NCBI GenBank assembly: GCA_021613535.1
Contig: CP075495.1
Coordinates: 6,448,001-6,512,000 of the forward strand
DNA: 64,000 nt
Reading direction: 5' to 3'
Source of the DNA: Adineta vaga
Lineage: Eukaryota > Animalia > Rotifera
Part shown: positions 13,101-26,800 of the stretch, in pieces
Position numbering within the stretch: the first letter of the stretch is position 1
Layout of the letters: each line of letters begins with the position of its first letter
Made by a program: the position numbers and the translations under genes
The notes under the pieces: generated by a model
Seen by the model: only the letters and a program-made list of their open reading frames with translations
The model's database searches: none
Told to the model about the DNA's origin: nothing

Positions 13101-15328
13101 TTAAGATGTGTAAAGTCCTGTGCGATTTATTTGAGGTTCAGTAGTAAATTTTAATGGTTCAGAGAGATGATTGCGTCGATATTGTTCCACTTCAGTGATT
13201 AACTAAATAAAGAAGATTTTGAATTCGATCGATTTCTTATATTAATTTCTTTTAAAACTTACTCGAGGTATTCGATGAACATTTTTTTCTAATAGATAAT
13301 CTCGAAAAGCATTGACACCATGCAATGGTGCAAGACGAGAATTCTACAAAAGATAAAAATCAAATTTCATTTTATTGAAACACGGAGATAGTTTACAATT
13401 TCTTCTTCACGTTTACGAATTGTATCTTCTCGTTCAGCTCTGATCACTTTTGGATCAATTAATTCTTCATTTGTTAATGTACGATGCCAGAGAGTTTTTG
13501 GTAAATACCATGCACCATATCGATATTTTTGTGAACGTGATTCTTGATTGATAAGTGCTGTTGCAATTTCTTTTGCTTTAGCACTACCTGATCCTTGACG
13601 CTAGATATGAAATAAGAATAACCAATGTTTTTACTTTATAGATAACAACGAAAATATCGGAGCTGCTTTTTATACAAAAAATCAGTTTTAATCCAATTTT
13701 TCCTTAAAAATTAAAAATTATAAGCATTACCATATCTGATATAGTTTCTGTTGGTCTCTGTTGTTCAGCAATCATTGTATCTCGTGTACCATCTCGTAAT
13801 TCAATTGGAACCTAAGAAAAAATGATAATCAAATCATTCAATTCTTGTAAATTCTTTCACGAACTCTTGTCATTTCCACGACTTTAATCGGTACACTTAG
13901 CGATGGTTTCGTATCATAAGCAGTAGAAAATAAATTTCTCACTACAGCTGGATCAATATCAGTATTTGTTTCACCACCAAGATCATATAACCAAGTACAA
14001 AATTGTTCTGATACATTTCGTAATTTTGCTTCCTTTTGTAGAGCAAAAAAAAGATGGGTAAAGACAAACATTAATTAATTACAAGAATATTACCATAGCA
14101 GTAGCTGCTTGTTCATCTAGACTAGGACCTTTTGCTCGTTGTATTTGTCTTTGTTTTTCAATGAACCATCGATAAGGATTATTTTGTTTTCTTACATATT
14201 CATCAGCATTCCATTGATTACCAGCATCATCATAAACAACTCCGTTGCGGCCAAGTTTTGGTTGATTTACTTTACTATCGGATACTTCTGGTAATTGATA
14301 CTTAGCATTAAGAGATCCTTTCGTAGTTAAATCATTCGATAAATTATGTATATCTCTATAATTATCAATATAGGTTATAGTTTAAAAAAACGAATAAATT
14401 CAAATTTCATATCTTACGTCTTCTCGGCTCCATGAGAAACATGTTCAGAACTAGTTTTATCACTATCACCTGTTTCTGCTTGTGTCAATCCATCTAATCC
14501 AGATGATAAAAGTGTATCATTTTGTCCATCAACAGATGGAATATAATCATCTGTATCGGAACGTAACAATTCAGCTTCAAATAATCTTGTTACACGTTCA
14601 TATGTCTAAGAAAATATAAATCATTGAATAAGTAATCAATGAAATATAGTTACATACTTCAGGTGTCAATACTTTACCAAAATGATCAAAAAACGCGACT
14701 GGATGTTCCAATAAACTTGATATATACTGATCAATTGTTCGACGTCGTTTTTCTGCTGCAGGTATTTCTCGACTAAAATATTTTTGATGAGCACTCAGAC
14801 GCGATTGAGCATTTGGTACACATGATTTTATTCGACGTGTTTCAGATAGCAATACCGGTCCAAGACCTTTTTCTGGCTAAAAAATTTAAATTCAGAAAAA
14901 AAAGAAACTTATCATCAATTCTGTTATGCGAAATTTATATTCACTTGTAATATAATATCATCATGACAGGGTGGTAAACCATCACGAAAATCATCGAGAC
15001 CATCTTTAACAAATTTCCAATTTCTCGTATTGATATTGCTTGGATATTTCATACGTATTCGTTCACGATACCTATGGAAGTGATAAACAATTAGTAAGAA
15101 AATGTCATTCTAGTCAATGATATGCAAGAATTTAGAATAGCATAAGCAGCTAATTATATAGCATTTTCTCACTTTTCACAAGAATCTTTTCTATTTATCG
15201 GCCTATATTCAATTTAAAAATTGATTCAAACGAAAAAATAGGAAAATACTGTACCAGGGTTGAAATTTTGGAGATCGACGTCGATCATCGATAGTTGGTA
15301 AAAGAACATATTTCAAATCGTTACTCAT
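13101..15328 (-). CDS. FAM47E: FAM47E-like protein, multi-exon
   Basis: PW|YRERI, NTRNWKFVKDGLDDFRDGLPPC, LLEHPVAFFDH, RYGAWYLPKTLW and LHGVNAFRDYL match FAM47 family motifs. Confidence 0.8.
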
Positions 15329-15403
15329 AATGCACTTGATCAATATGAAATATGAATATATAACAAATTTGATTGAAAACCATTGAAGTTTACTCTGGAA
15401 GTT

Positions 15404-15417
15404 TTTACTAAGGCAAC
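15404..15417 (-). promoter_or_regulatory. Putative RFX X-box
   Basis: Minus strand reads GTTGCCTTAGTAAA, one mismatch from GTTGCC-NN-RGYAAC, about 75 bp upstream of the FAM47E ATG. Confidence 0.55.
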
Positions 15418-17543
15418 GATTTAGATCAATTTTAGAATATCGAATTTTGCTGAGACAAAATTATTTTCTCATTTATTTATAGAATGAATCAATTAAATTA
15501 ATAAAGTTAGTAAAATCAGGACAAAAATGAAAATATAGATGACGCTAGTCGTCGTATTGATTTCAATGTGATGAACAGCACGAATACTATTCGATCAATA
15601 GTATTTAAGAGCAATAGGACTCTTTCAGATTCTATTGCATAGATTTTCACATAAAATCTTGTTTTTTAATCTGAATTGTGACTGATAATTGATAGTTGCA
15701 TAGAGTGCAGACTATACTTTTTAATCAAAATCCCACCTGATGTGACTAAGATTTCTTTTTATTTAATACGATGCGAGTTTAGGAGCATTGTATTATTCAA
15801 TTTCTTCGCGACATTTTAATGCGATGCGATAAGCATAAGCATTTATGTAGTTCTTTTCGAGGTACTCACCTAAATTTCTCATTTTGTGACACGATGATCT
15901 TACGAACTATAGATGACAAAAAATCAATTGAAAAACCGGACGAAAATATCGAGACTCAACTTAGAACATTCGATTCGTATACAGAATGTCCAGAAAAAAA
16001 GACGATTTAACTTTGAAGTTTTGAGATAATTAAAATCAAATTGTCGAGATGAAAAGTTCGATGCGATTTTCGTTCAACAAATGTTTTACAGCTGAAAAAA
16101 CACGTGATGATGCATCCTCAAACTTATCAGAATTCATTTCGTCGAGGTTTACAAGTATTCGCAGAGATTCGTCGTACCGTATTCTCACAATCGAACTATG
16201 CTCGAGTGCCTCTCTAGTTTCAGAAGTGTTTATAGAATTGCCTTTAAACTATATTATTTTGATCTAATTTCAGTTTCTCGTTAATATTTGAAGTGAAATT
16301 CAAGGCTGTTCGTATAGAACTTAAGGCATATTAAGCTTTAATTAAATTATTCAATTTGATAAAAGAGAATTAAAAATATATTCTAAAATCGATTTTTTTA
16401 ATAGAAATATCATTCTTTGACATTGTTCTATTACATAAAAGTACTTGCAAGAAACAGAAATGTTAACTGATTATGTCAATTGATATATTCCTTATCCATT
16501 ACAGGACTCTATTAGATTGAACGAGACAATCGATTCGGCATCAAAATATTTCTGTTCTTTTCATTCAATAAGTTTTCAATACTTCTATCATACGAATTGA
16601 AGAACTTGTCAAATTAATATATCACATAGTTATTATCGATTTAGAAATAAAATTTTATTGAAGATAATTTTAAATTAAATTTTATTTTACTTTACATCTT
16701 AATCCAAAAATCGTCTACATTCATTTTTCACTCATCAAAAAACAATTTACTAATTAATTCATACGCGAAAACAATTTTTTTCTCTTTCACTCATTTCTTA
16801 TTTCAGATGCTATCTTTCTTTCTGTCTCTCTCTCTCTCTCTCTCCTTTCTTTGATCAAAACAACCAAACAAGAATACTAATTGATCCAAGGTCTGTCTCT
16901 CGTTTCACACCTCCATAGTTTTTTCAATTGACACAATCAGACATTTTTTCCAAGATAAAATCTTTATTCATTTGTTTGACTTCTTTTTTTTGTACAAAGA
17001 AAGAAAAAACAACAGCGCGATCGATATTTTTTTTAGTAAAAGAAACAAAAGTAAAAGATATATGTAGAGAAAACCAGTCAGAGATGAATAAAAGACGGAA
17101 TAATGAATGATTTTAAAGTAAAGAGAGAAAAACGAAAGAAAAAAAACGAGAATATGAATATTAAACATAAGAGAAATATACTGTGCACCGGGTATTCGCA
17201 TATACACACACACATACGCACATATGAGATATAGAAAACAGAGATTAATAGAATGTGTAAAACCACTCATACACATACATAGAATGTACAAGAGCAAGAA
17301 AGAACACACAGAAAGGGTGTCGAACATCCCATGTAGAGAATTATTTATAAAAAGAAAAGAAAAGAAATAAACAAATAATTGATAAATGAGATTCACTGTT
17401 ATTTCTCGTGTTTTAATAACTATGACATAAAATTGAACTGTCAACACACTTGACCGGACATAGAGAGAGAATACTGTTGGTAATACTGTCTGTGATAAAA
17501 TTTGAGTTGTTTTGAAATTCGAAGCACCGCAAATCACATTGTA

Positions 17544-20500
17544 TTAATCAGCGAAAACAAGCGCCTTTTGAGAATTGTCACTACCATCTGAACTACATTC
17601 ATCATCTACATCATCATCTTCTTCTTTAATATCTAAACGATAAAAATGATTTTCATGAATAAATTCCAAAAAATAACAACAACAAAAGAATTTACTTAGA
17701 TATTCACCATTATCAGGTGATAGTTGATCGTCAAATGAACTATGTTTTCGTTGTTTTAACATTTGTTTATATTCCGACCTGTGTTAGAAAAGAAGATAGT
17801 GCATGTATTATTTCATAATTTAACTATCTATCTAATTATCTATTAGCTGATGATAAGATCGAAACTTACCAACGCATTTTCTTACCGTCGATCACGCAGG
17901 TTCGTTTCGGTCGTGGTCTGAAAAAAAATACAATTAAAAAATATAAAAATCTTTGTACAAAAATCATAATATACCTGTAACGATAGTCAGGATATTTTTC
18001 CATATGAACTTTGCTTAAACGTGATTGCTCTTCATAATAAGGTTGTTTTTCTTCATTACTCATTGCTTTCCATCGTGCACCTAAGATTTTACTGATACTT
18101 GAATTATGCATATCTGGACAAGCTTTTAAAATCTTTCGTCGTTCTTCACGAGCCCAAACCATAAATGCATTCATCGGTCGTTTAATATGATCAATAGATA
18201 AAGATGTTGTATTCGTCGCAAGTGTTTCGTTATTTCCATTATTATTCGGTAATAATGATAAACCATTAGATGGTGAATGATGATGGTGATGATGATGATG
18301 TTGATTTTTATCTTTTCGATTCGTTGATACGTGTCGAGCTATAAATGAAAGAATATATTCAATGCAATAACATTCATTATGCTAAAGCCATATGTATAGT
18401 ATAATTTATCTCACTCTCTTTCAATATAGAAAATAGATAAATCTAATTCAATGAAAATGTCATTTGACAAGTAAATCAATAGTCTATTATCAATTTATCA
18501 TAGACGAATTGTAAAAGCAAATCTTATTCGATTAAACATTCACTTAAACAAAAACGATTTATGAACAATATTCTTCATTGAATACATCTTATTTAAACGA
18601 AAAGAAAATGATATTGAACATCGATATCAATATACTACTAGTCATATGAAAGATATTTTATTTTGCTTTATCGATCTCTTTTTTTAAATCAAGGTTTTAT
18701 ATCATGTATTCATTAACCCATCTAACAAGGTTTCATGTTTAATTGAAAATAGATTTGATATAAAACGTATGAGACATTGATACATATTTCGTTGAAAAAT
18801 AATATTTGTTCGTTTAAATATCTTATTAAGAAGAAGAAAGAAAGAAAGAAAGAAAGAAAGAAGACGAAGAGAAAAGACCGATACGGTATGTTAACTAGTC
18901 AATGTATGTAAAGTTTGTGTATGTAAGTATTATTCTCATCATCATCATTATTATTTAGTGGATATCAGAGCCTTGTATCTTTTCTTTTTTCTTTCCCGTC
19001 TTGTCTTTCTTATTCATTTTTCTTTCATTTAAATATGTGTATAATCGAGTCGATTCTTTTTTCTTCTTTCTTTCGTTGTTTTTGTTATATATTTCTTTTT
19101 TTTCGTCGTATCATTACCAATCGACCCAATCGAAATGTGATTTGGTTGGACGATTTACATTTCTCTTTTTTTTCTCGACCATGGAAGATTCTTTCTCTTG
19201 CATACAAGTATACACAACTCACCTAATGATGATGATGATGATGATGATTCTTTGTCGATAGACAAATCGCGATGATGATGATTACCGTTGTTGTTGTTGT
19301 TGTTGTTATTATTGTGATGGTTATTATTATTGGTATTCACTGTTTCATGTAATGTAGATGATAAATTTGAATGATGAGATAGATGATTTGATGATGGTGA
19401 AAAACCGTACATATTTAAACCTAATTAAAAAAACAAATAAATTACCATATATAGTTCTAATTATTTATTATTTTAGATTTACCCGTAACAAAAGGAGAAG
19501 GTAGTGAACATCGAGAAGAACCATTTTCTCCATTTTTAACGTTCTAAACAACGAAATTCGAAATTAAAATTTAAGTAAAATAATCTGTTTTACATACAAT
19601 TGAATCATTAAGTACATTAGCAGTCGATAGTTTTAAATAATTTTGTAAATGACTCATATTTGGTACTAATAGGACAATTTTATAATGAATGATTGATTTC
19701 ATATGTCAAAATAGAACAGAAAAATTGACTTACCTGAAAATGAAGGAAAAAATGGTTTTTCATAGAATAATGCTTGTGATGGAAAAAGTGCAGATGACAT
19801 TGGTAAAGTTGGTGTTGAGGGTGATGGTGAACTGACTGTTGTTGTACTTGGACTCATATCATCACTATTCGTTGATGCTAATCGTGTTTGATGTCGTTTT
19901 TTTGGTTTTGATAAATTCAATGGATGTGAATCATCATATTCAAGAGTTGTTGTGAAAGAATTTTTTTCATTATTATTACCTTCGATTGCTTTTATTCTTT
20001 CACGTAAATGTTGTAAACTGTCGATGAGACAATCAATAGTTAATAATAGATTTTCATCATTATCCGATTTTTTCTCTTCTAATAATGAACGTATGGAATT
20101 GAAGATCATTGCAGCATTTGTTTTCGTTGTTGTTGAAGATAAATTAATTGGCTTTGTCGATGTTGAAGGAACATTTTTTTCAAGTTTAATATTATTTGTT
20201 AATACTGATGGTGGTGCTGTTGTAGTTGCTACTAATATTGATGATGTTGTAGATGGTCGAGAAAGTTTTGATGATGGAACATTTTTACGACGTTTTCGTT
20301 GTGGTTGATCTGGATTAGATGTTGGTATGGCTTTAGGTTCTAATTGAGATTCATTAGGAAGTATTTTTGATGATGCATGTTGTTCAGCTGAATTGGTATT
20401 ATCGTTTGATTGTGATGTATGTGTAATAGATTCATCATGATGAATATTTAAGTCAGGTCGATTATCATTTGTTTCTTGATTATTAAATAAAGGCGAACCA

Positions 20501-20802
20501 TTACTTGTATTGACATCTGTCAAAACTAGAATGATATTTTTAGATTTTACTTTATAAGGCTACAAGTAAAACAATCATAGTCTACATTTAAAAAGTGACT
20601 TACGTTCATTGTGTTCATCAGATGGTGAATTGCTATTAGAAAAATTATGATTTGATGATGCTCGTTCGAGAAGTTGTTCTATTTTAATATATTTTGTTGG
20701 TGTCGGTGATGAAGTTGTCGTAGATCTATCATCAACACATAATAATGGTGTTGATGAAGATGAATCGAACTGTTCAAAAGTACACTTTCGTTTAAGTGAC
20801 AT
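17544..20802 (-). CDS. SoxD: SoxD-group HMG-box transcription factor (Sox5/6/13, Sox102F type)
   Basis: [71 protein letters not shown]|[16 protein letters not shown]. Also a SoxD-like zipper ([12 protein letters not shown]) and a CtBP motif PLNLS. Confidence 0.95.
18832..18862. repeat. (GAAA)n microsatellite in a SoxD intron
   Basis: agaagaaagaaagaaagaaagaaagaaagaa. Confidence 0.8.
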
Positions 20803-20819
20803 GAATTAGAATATTAATC

Positions 20820-23800
20820 TAGAAAGACAAAAGAGACGAAACAATTTTTGATTGTCTCTCATTGGAAAAAGTCGAATTGAGAAAGAGAAAGAGAAAGAGA
20901 GATGAAGACAATCATGTTTAGTATATTTGTATTTACATGTCGATTCATATTAACCACCATACCAACTATTAACTACCGTCATCAATAAGGACGAATCAGA
21001 TAGATAGAGAACAAAACAAAAAGAAACAATGATGAATAAGACAATAGCTGCCTCATCGAATCAGCTTCACTGATCAAATTTAACTAGTAGAAAAGCGTAT
21101 CGATTGTTTAACGGTAGCTTAAATCGTAGACAAAGAAAGACAAGCATAAGCATATAAAAGGAAAACAGAGGCATCTGCGCGCGTTGTATTCATCTATCGT
21201 CTTTTCTGTATCATTTTCGGATGCTGATTTTGCGACAGCAGTAAGAGACAAAAGAACAATGGGAAACGAGATGAGGGAGTAACAAGCGAGAAAATCTCTC
21301 TCACTTCTTTCCTTTTTTTTACTCAATGTTAATCGACGCATTCAAGTGCCATGTTGATCATCACCGGCGAACTATAACAACAATACTAGCAGCAGCAGCT
21401 ATAGTAGCCGCAACAATAATGCAATCGATAATACAAAGGTTCAGTAATAGTTGCCATATATATATATATATATAATATATGTAATATGTAGGGGGCATGC
21501 ACATTTATATCAAACGATGAATGAAAATGAATGAAACCTTACTATTGCTCCTTTTTTTCTTTTTCTTCTCAATTGAAATCGATAGATTTGAAGGTAAAGA
21601 TTTGTTCGATTGCTCGGACGGATAATTTATAATACGTGAGAACCACTTTTATGAATATAAAAAAACGAGTAAAAGAAAAAGAGAAAAACCCTCTGTGTAT
21701 GTGTGTGTTCGTTTTGTCTCTGCTTCCTCTTAACTCATATTAAAAAGAATAAGTAGAAAAGAAGACGAAGGAAAAAATGGCATTACATGGCATTATTATA
21801 CCAAGCAGGAATCAGCAGGTGAAGACAGGAGACATAATAAAATGACGATATATACGTGTATTTGTATATGTGTGTGCGTGCATACAGAATAATTTTACAC
21901 GATTTGAGACATAGGAGAGAAGGTCCAGAAACAATAATCGAAAAGTAAAATAATGAAGGAAATAAGAAAGAAAGAAAGAATGACAGTGATCATATATCTA
22001 TATTGAATATAGAAAATTGAATCATCATCATCAACATTATCATCCGGGTTGTATATGAATGTATATGCGAGCGTTTTGATGACTGGCCTTGGTTGTGCGA
22101 TATACAAGCATAATTGTGAATCGATTTCAATCTTTTCCTTCTCTTTCTAATTACCTGTGTCCACCATGTAGTTGACAGGAGGAAAAAAAGTCGATTTAGG
22201 ACTATTATTGATCTTCTTCTTTTTCTCTCTCTCTCTCTTTTCCTCTCTTCTCTTCGAGTTGTTTGACACAATACGAGGCCGATCAAGTGAAACAAATCTA
22301 GTGAAGCGAGTAAAGAAAGAGAGAAACGAAAGACAGAGAGAGAGAGAGAGAAAGGGACAGAAAAAGAAAATCTTCACACTTCTACTGCACACCTTTATTG
22401 AATATATATATTTCGTTATATATGAGTGTTTGGTATATGTATACACACTACGTAAGAATAACATTCTGTACATTTTAATACTCATTCAGCATATATATAT
22501 ATATGGCACTGACAATGACTATTGATTATTTATATGGGAAATGAAACCGTATGTGAAACAACATCACTCGCCAAAGGACAGAATAAGAAAGAAAGACTAA
22601 AAATAATAATAATAATAATAATAATAAAGTTGTTGCAATTATGTGTAGGTGTATGAGAAAAAGAAAAGAACGAGAGAAAAGTAAGAGAACAAATGATCGA
22701 ACACGATAAGTAATATGTATATGTCGTGTCTTTTTAGATATTCAATGAAGAAGAGCCTTTTTTTTCTCTCTTTATTCATTACCTGTCTGTCTATCTGTAA
22801 GAATGACAAGGCAACATGGTAAAACCTAATGAAGTGTGAAAGCTGTTGAAGACGAATGAGATATGTCATCTAGTCTTAAATTTTTTTTCGGCGTTAAACG
22901 GCGGATGTTTATCGTGTGTACGACACTATTCTTTCATGTTACACTACCCGCTCGGATTTGAGTTTTTATCCACATAATTGATATTGTCACACACAAGCAC
23001 ACCCTATTGTTTTACAACTAGTAATAGTATAGTAATAGTCATATATAACTACGTCTCTTTTTGCATTCTTGATTGATGAATTTATTCTCCCTCTTCCCCT
23101 GGTTCTTTCTCTAATAATATGTTCAAACATTTACATCTATATATACACACATATACGCATATATATATATATATATATATTCAGCATACGAGAAAAAAAA
23201 AGAAAAGTTAAATGTAAGCAATAATTATGAATATAATATACATATACTATTTAATGCGAGCATCTCGAGTCGCAAAGACATAAATCCTCTTGACATAATG
23301 ACGAGACTATAGTTACTTACATACTTTGTTATACAACATCTTTTGTATTTGATCCTTGTCTAATAAAATGAATGAATGAATGAATGAATAAATGAGTATA
23401 TATATATATATATGACTGTCCGTTTGTTATTGTCACTGAAAAATAATTTTTGCATTTTCTTTTTCTTTTTCTTGTACTTTACTTTTGTTGTTGTTGTTGT
23501 TGTTTTTGTTGTTGCTAGTGCTGCACGAATCGAACGCCAGTAGAACGCACAAAGAAAAATTATTACCACTAATAGCAGTTATGCATGTAGAAGTGACGTC
23601 GGATACACCTAGGTACTGTGATTATGTGTGTGAGTAGTCGTTTTTTCTCTCTCTCTCATTCTCTCTTCCCTTTCTTTTCTATTAAGAATCTATTGTTCGA
23701 AGTATGTGTCGAGCGCACTATACGACGATGACGCGCAAGAGTTATTCTTTACCGCTGCTGACACAATACACTCTTCTATTTTTCTCTCTGTCTCTCTTCC

Positions 23801-26800
23801 CTTTTTTACGCTCGACTTCACATCATCATCTATATTCAATTGCACTGTAGTATGTGCATATACACATACCGAACACAATACACATCATCGCTGCTTTATA
23901 TATCTTACATATATGCATATTGTATATACAAACTGATTTGATACATAAGACATATTCAATATTGATAAACTGCACTACTCATTCATTCGTTCATTCACTT
24001 GTGCGCATACATACAAAATCTCATTTTCAAGTGAAAATCGCCTGACAGACTATGATAATACGGCTCGTATTGTTTCTTTCATCTTCTTTTCAACTTGAAG
24101 AAAGATACCTTATTCTTTTACTTTTTCTTCTTTTTTTCTCCTACTTCTACTTCTACTTTTTCTTCTTTTCCGACTTAGCACAACACGAACAATAGAAAGA
24201 CAACGATCTTCTCTTCGCCCGTCTGTCGAGCGATGGCATTATTAAATCTCTCTTGTCATCAGGTGTCATGGAGAGAGATACAAAGACGTAGCAAGAAAGG
24301 GAGAGAGAGAGAGGGAAAGTGTGTGTGTGTGTGCAAAAGAAGAGAAGTAATTTTTACTAAAAAGACAAGCGGAATGAAAAAAACCGTCACTACCATCGTT
24401 ACCAATTTTATTTATTCGCAACAATGAATAGACAACATATGTGCTTTTTTTGCGACTATATAGAACAATCAGTTTTAATCGGCCTTTACTACCATCATTT
24501 GTACATCACTGCTTTTCTCTTCTTTCTATTTCACTCATCGATAGTGAGTGTAAATGCATGACAGCTTCAAGGATATACACATGGATGAGAATATGTCAAT
24601 TGTCAAGTAACTTCTAATAAGGAATAAGAAGGGAAAAAAATGAAAAGAGAACCAACATACCTGCCTTCTTGTCACAATAACAGATTTTCTATGACTATCA
24701 TCATCATCATCATCATCATCACTGATTTTCTTCCTTGTTCTAATAGTATTCATTGGACGCATCTTCTTTCTTCTTTAACGTCATTTTCTTCTTCTTCGTT
24801 TCCTTTTTTCTCATATATATATATAAATAGTTTTTTTGAATAATGCGTGCTTGCAACAAAAAACCTCACAGGTTTTCTTTCTCTCACTCTTCTCACTCGT
24901 CTTCTTGCTCTATTGTCAATTGTCTAACATCATGTCATTATCCGCTGAGTTGAAGACAGGCATGCACACGCGTGCTGTGCCATAACACACGGGGGCACCC
25001 ATTGTTTCACTTCTCGCCATCGTCTAATATTTTATATTTCTTTTTTTGTTGTTGCTTGCTTTCTACTCAAAGAAATTCCACAATAAATAGGGTCAAGATA
25101 AGACAGAAATTAAAAGAGAGAATCATAACGAGAATAAGAATGATAATGTCGTTGTTGTTGTTGTTATTGTTATTATTAGTATCAGTAGTAGGATAATGAT
25201 GATTATACTCAAGTAATAGTAAGATGATGTATATGTCTACAAGCATTTTAATTCAACTATAACAATAATAAAAGAACAATTGTTCTTTTGTTTGAAAACG
25301 AATTATTGTGTTACTTTTTCTCCTCTGTGAGACTTTGATAAAAAAAATCTTCGATAAGAACTTTTTTTGTTATTTTACCTGTTTTGAAATATGGACAATA
25401 AAAGAAGAAGAAGAAGAAGTAGAAGACGAAAGTAGATTGTATATAACACCACGAATAAAGCAAGATAAATGTATAAGAGTAAAAGGTGGTAGAAAATTAC
25501 GGACACATAAGTAGATGTGACAATATTGGTATGTATGTGTATGTGTGCTTGCAATATATAAATGCATTTTGAAAAGATTTTCAATGACAATAGAGCATAC
25601 ATAGGCAAAAAAGAGTAAGAGAAAAAGAAGGAATAAAACGAAAAGAAGACGAAGAAGAAAGAGGAGGTACGATTGTACAATATCGTGTGTATGCCGAAGG
25701 TGGCATGTATGCATTGTTTCTTGGTGGAAGAATGAATGAATGAATGAATTGTACGAATGAATGGAACTGCTTGTTATGCATAGCGGTCTCAAGGCAAATG
25801 CGAGCGCGTAAACGAATGATTGAGAAAAGGAGCGAATAAGCGATTATAAACACTAGCTCGAAGCAATTTTCAGAACAAATAGACAAAGAAGACCGCTTCA
25901 ATAATCCAGTTTGTATGATATTGTATTTTAACCCCATCTTAACATACACGTCAACGAGACTGTGCTGTTATTACTGATGTTATGGTGCTAATTTTTTCTT
26001 TTGCTTGGATGATTATAGCTGGCAATGATATGAATACTTTCACCCGTTTTCACAAGGACAATACAACACAGAGCGGTGATGGACAGAGGCAACCAGGCAA
26101 AGCAAGAAGAAAAGAAAGGAAAAAAAGAAAACAAAGACGTGTTGATGAGTTAATTATTGCTAAAGATTTTCGCCTCGACTCTTTCTCTGTATAGACACAG
26201 CGACGACAGACAAAGCCTAGGCGTCTATGAAATAGAGGAAAAAACCGAAGAAGAAAAACGATTGTTGATATATCATCAATGCTAGATAAATCTATATTCA
26301 ATAAAATGAAACTACATTTACCATAAGCATAAATTAGATGAAAGGAAAAGAAGAAGTAGAAGAAGAAGAAGAAAAGAAAGCATTTACCTGCTATAATGTA
26401 AGTTGAAATCAGAAGAAAATTAGCATTTGTCGTATGAGTAATAAAATGGTATTGACCTTTTTTTTCACAGTATTGAGAAGCCTTAGTTTATATATATGTG
26501 TGTGCACAGTATGACGGTACAATGCGAAGCCAAACAAATGAGAATATATAGCAATAGTAACAATCGCAAAGAGTGTGAAACATTGTTGGTGTTGCCTTGT
26601 TGCATACATTTATTGCAAGAACAACAATATAAAGATGGTAAAAAGGTTCTGTTGACATGATCGCAACATTAATCGTCATAAATGAGTAGTAGTGTTGCCT
26701 TTTATATAAAGATGAAGAAGAAAAAAGAAATTCTGATTTTTCAAACAAAAAATTCTATCGCCATCTTTCAACAACAAGCTCAAAGGTCAAATGCCAATAT

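Noticed and set aside
15550-16330. Coding-looking stretch between FAM47E and the SoxD 3' end
   Set aside because: Frames are broken by stops with no recognisable domain or terminal repeats; it could be a decayed gene or TE, but I cannot support a call.
24264-24285. TGTCATGGAG resembling the 5' end of miR-281
   Set aside because: Only the seed region matches; the 3' part differs and I see no hairpin.
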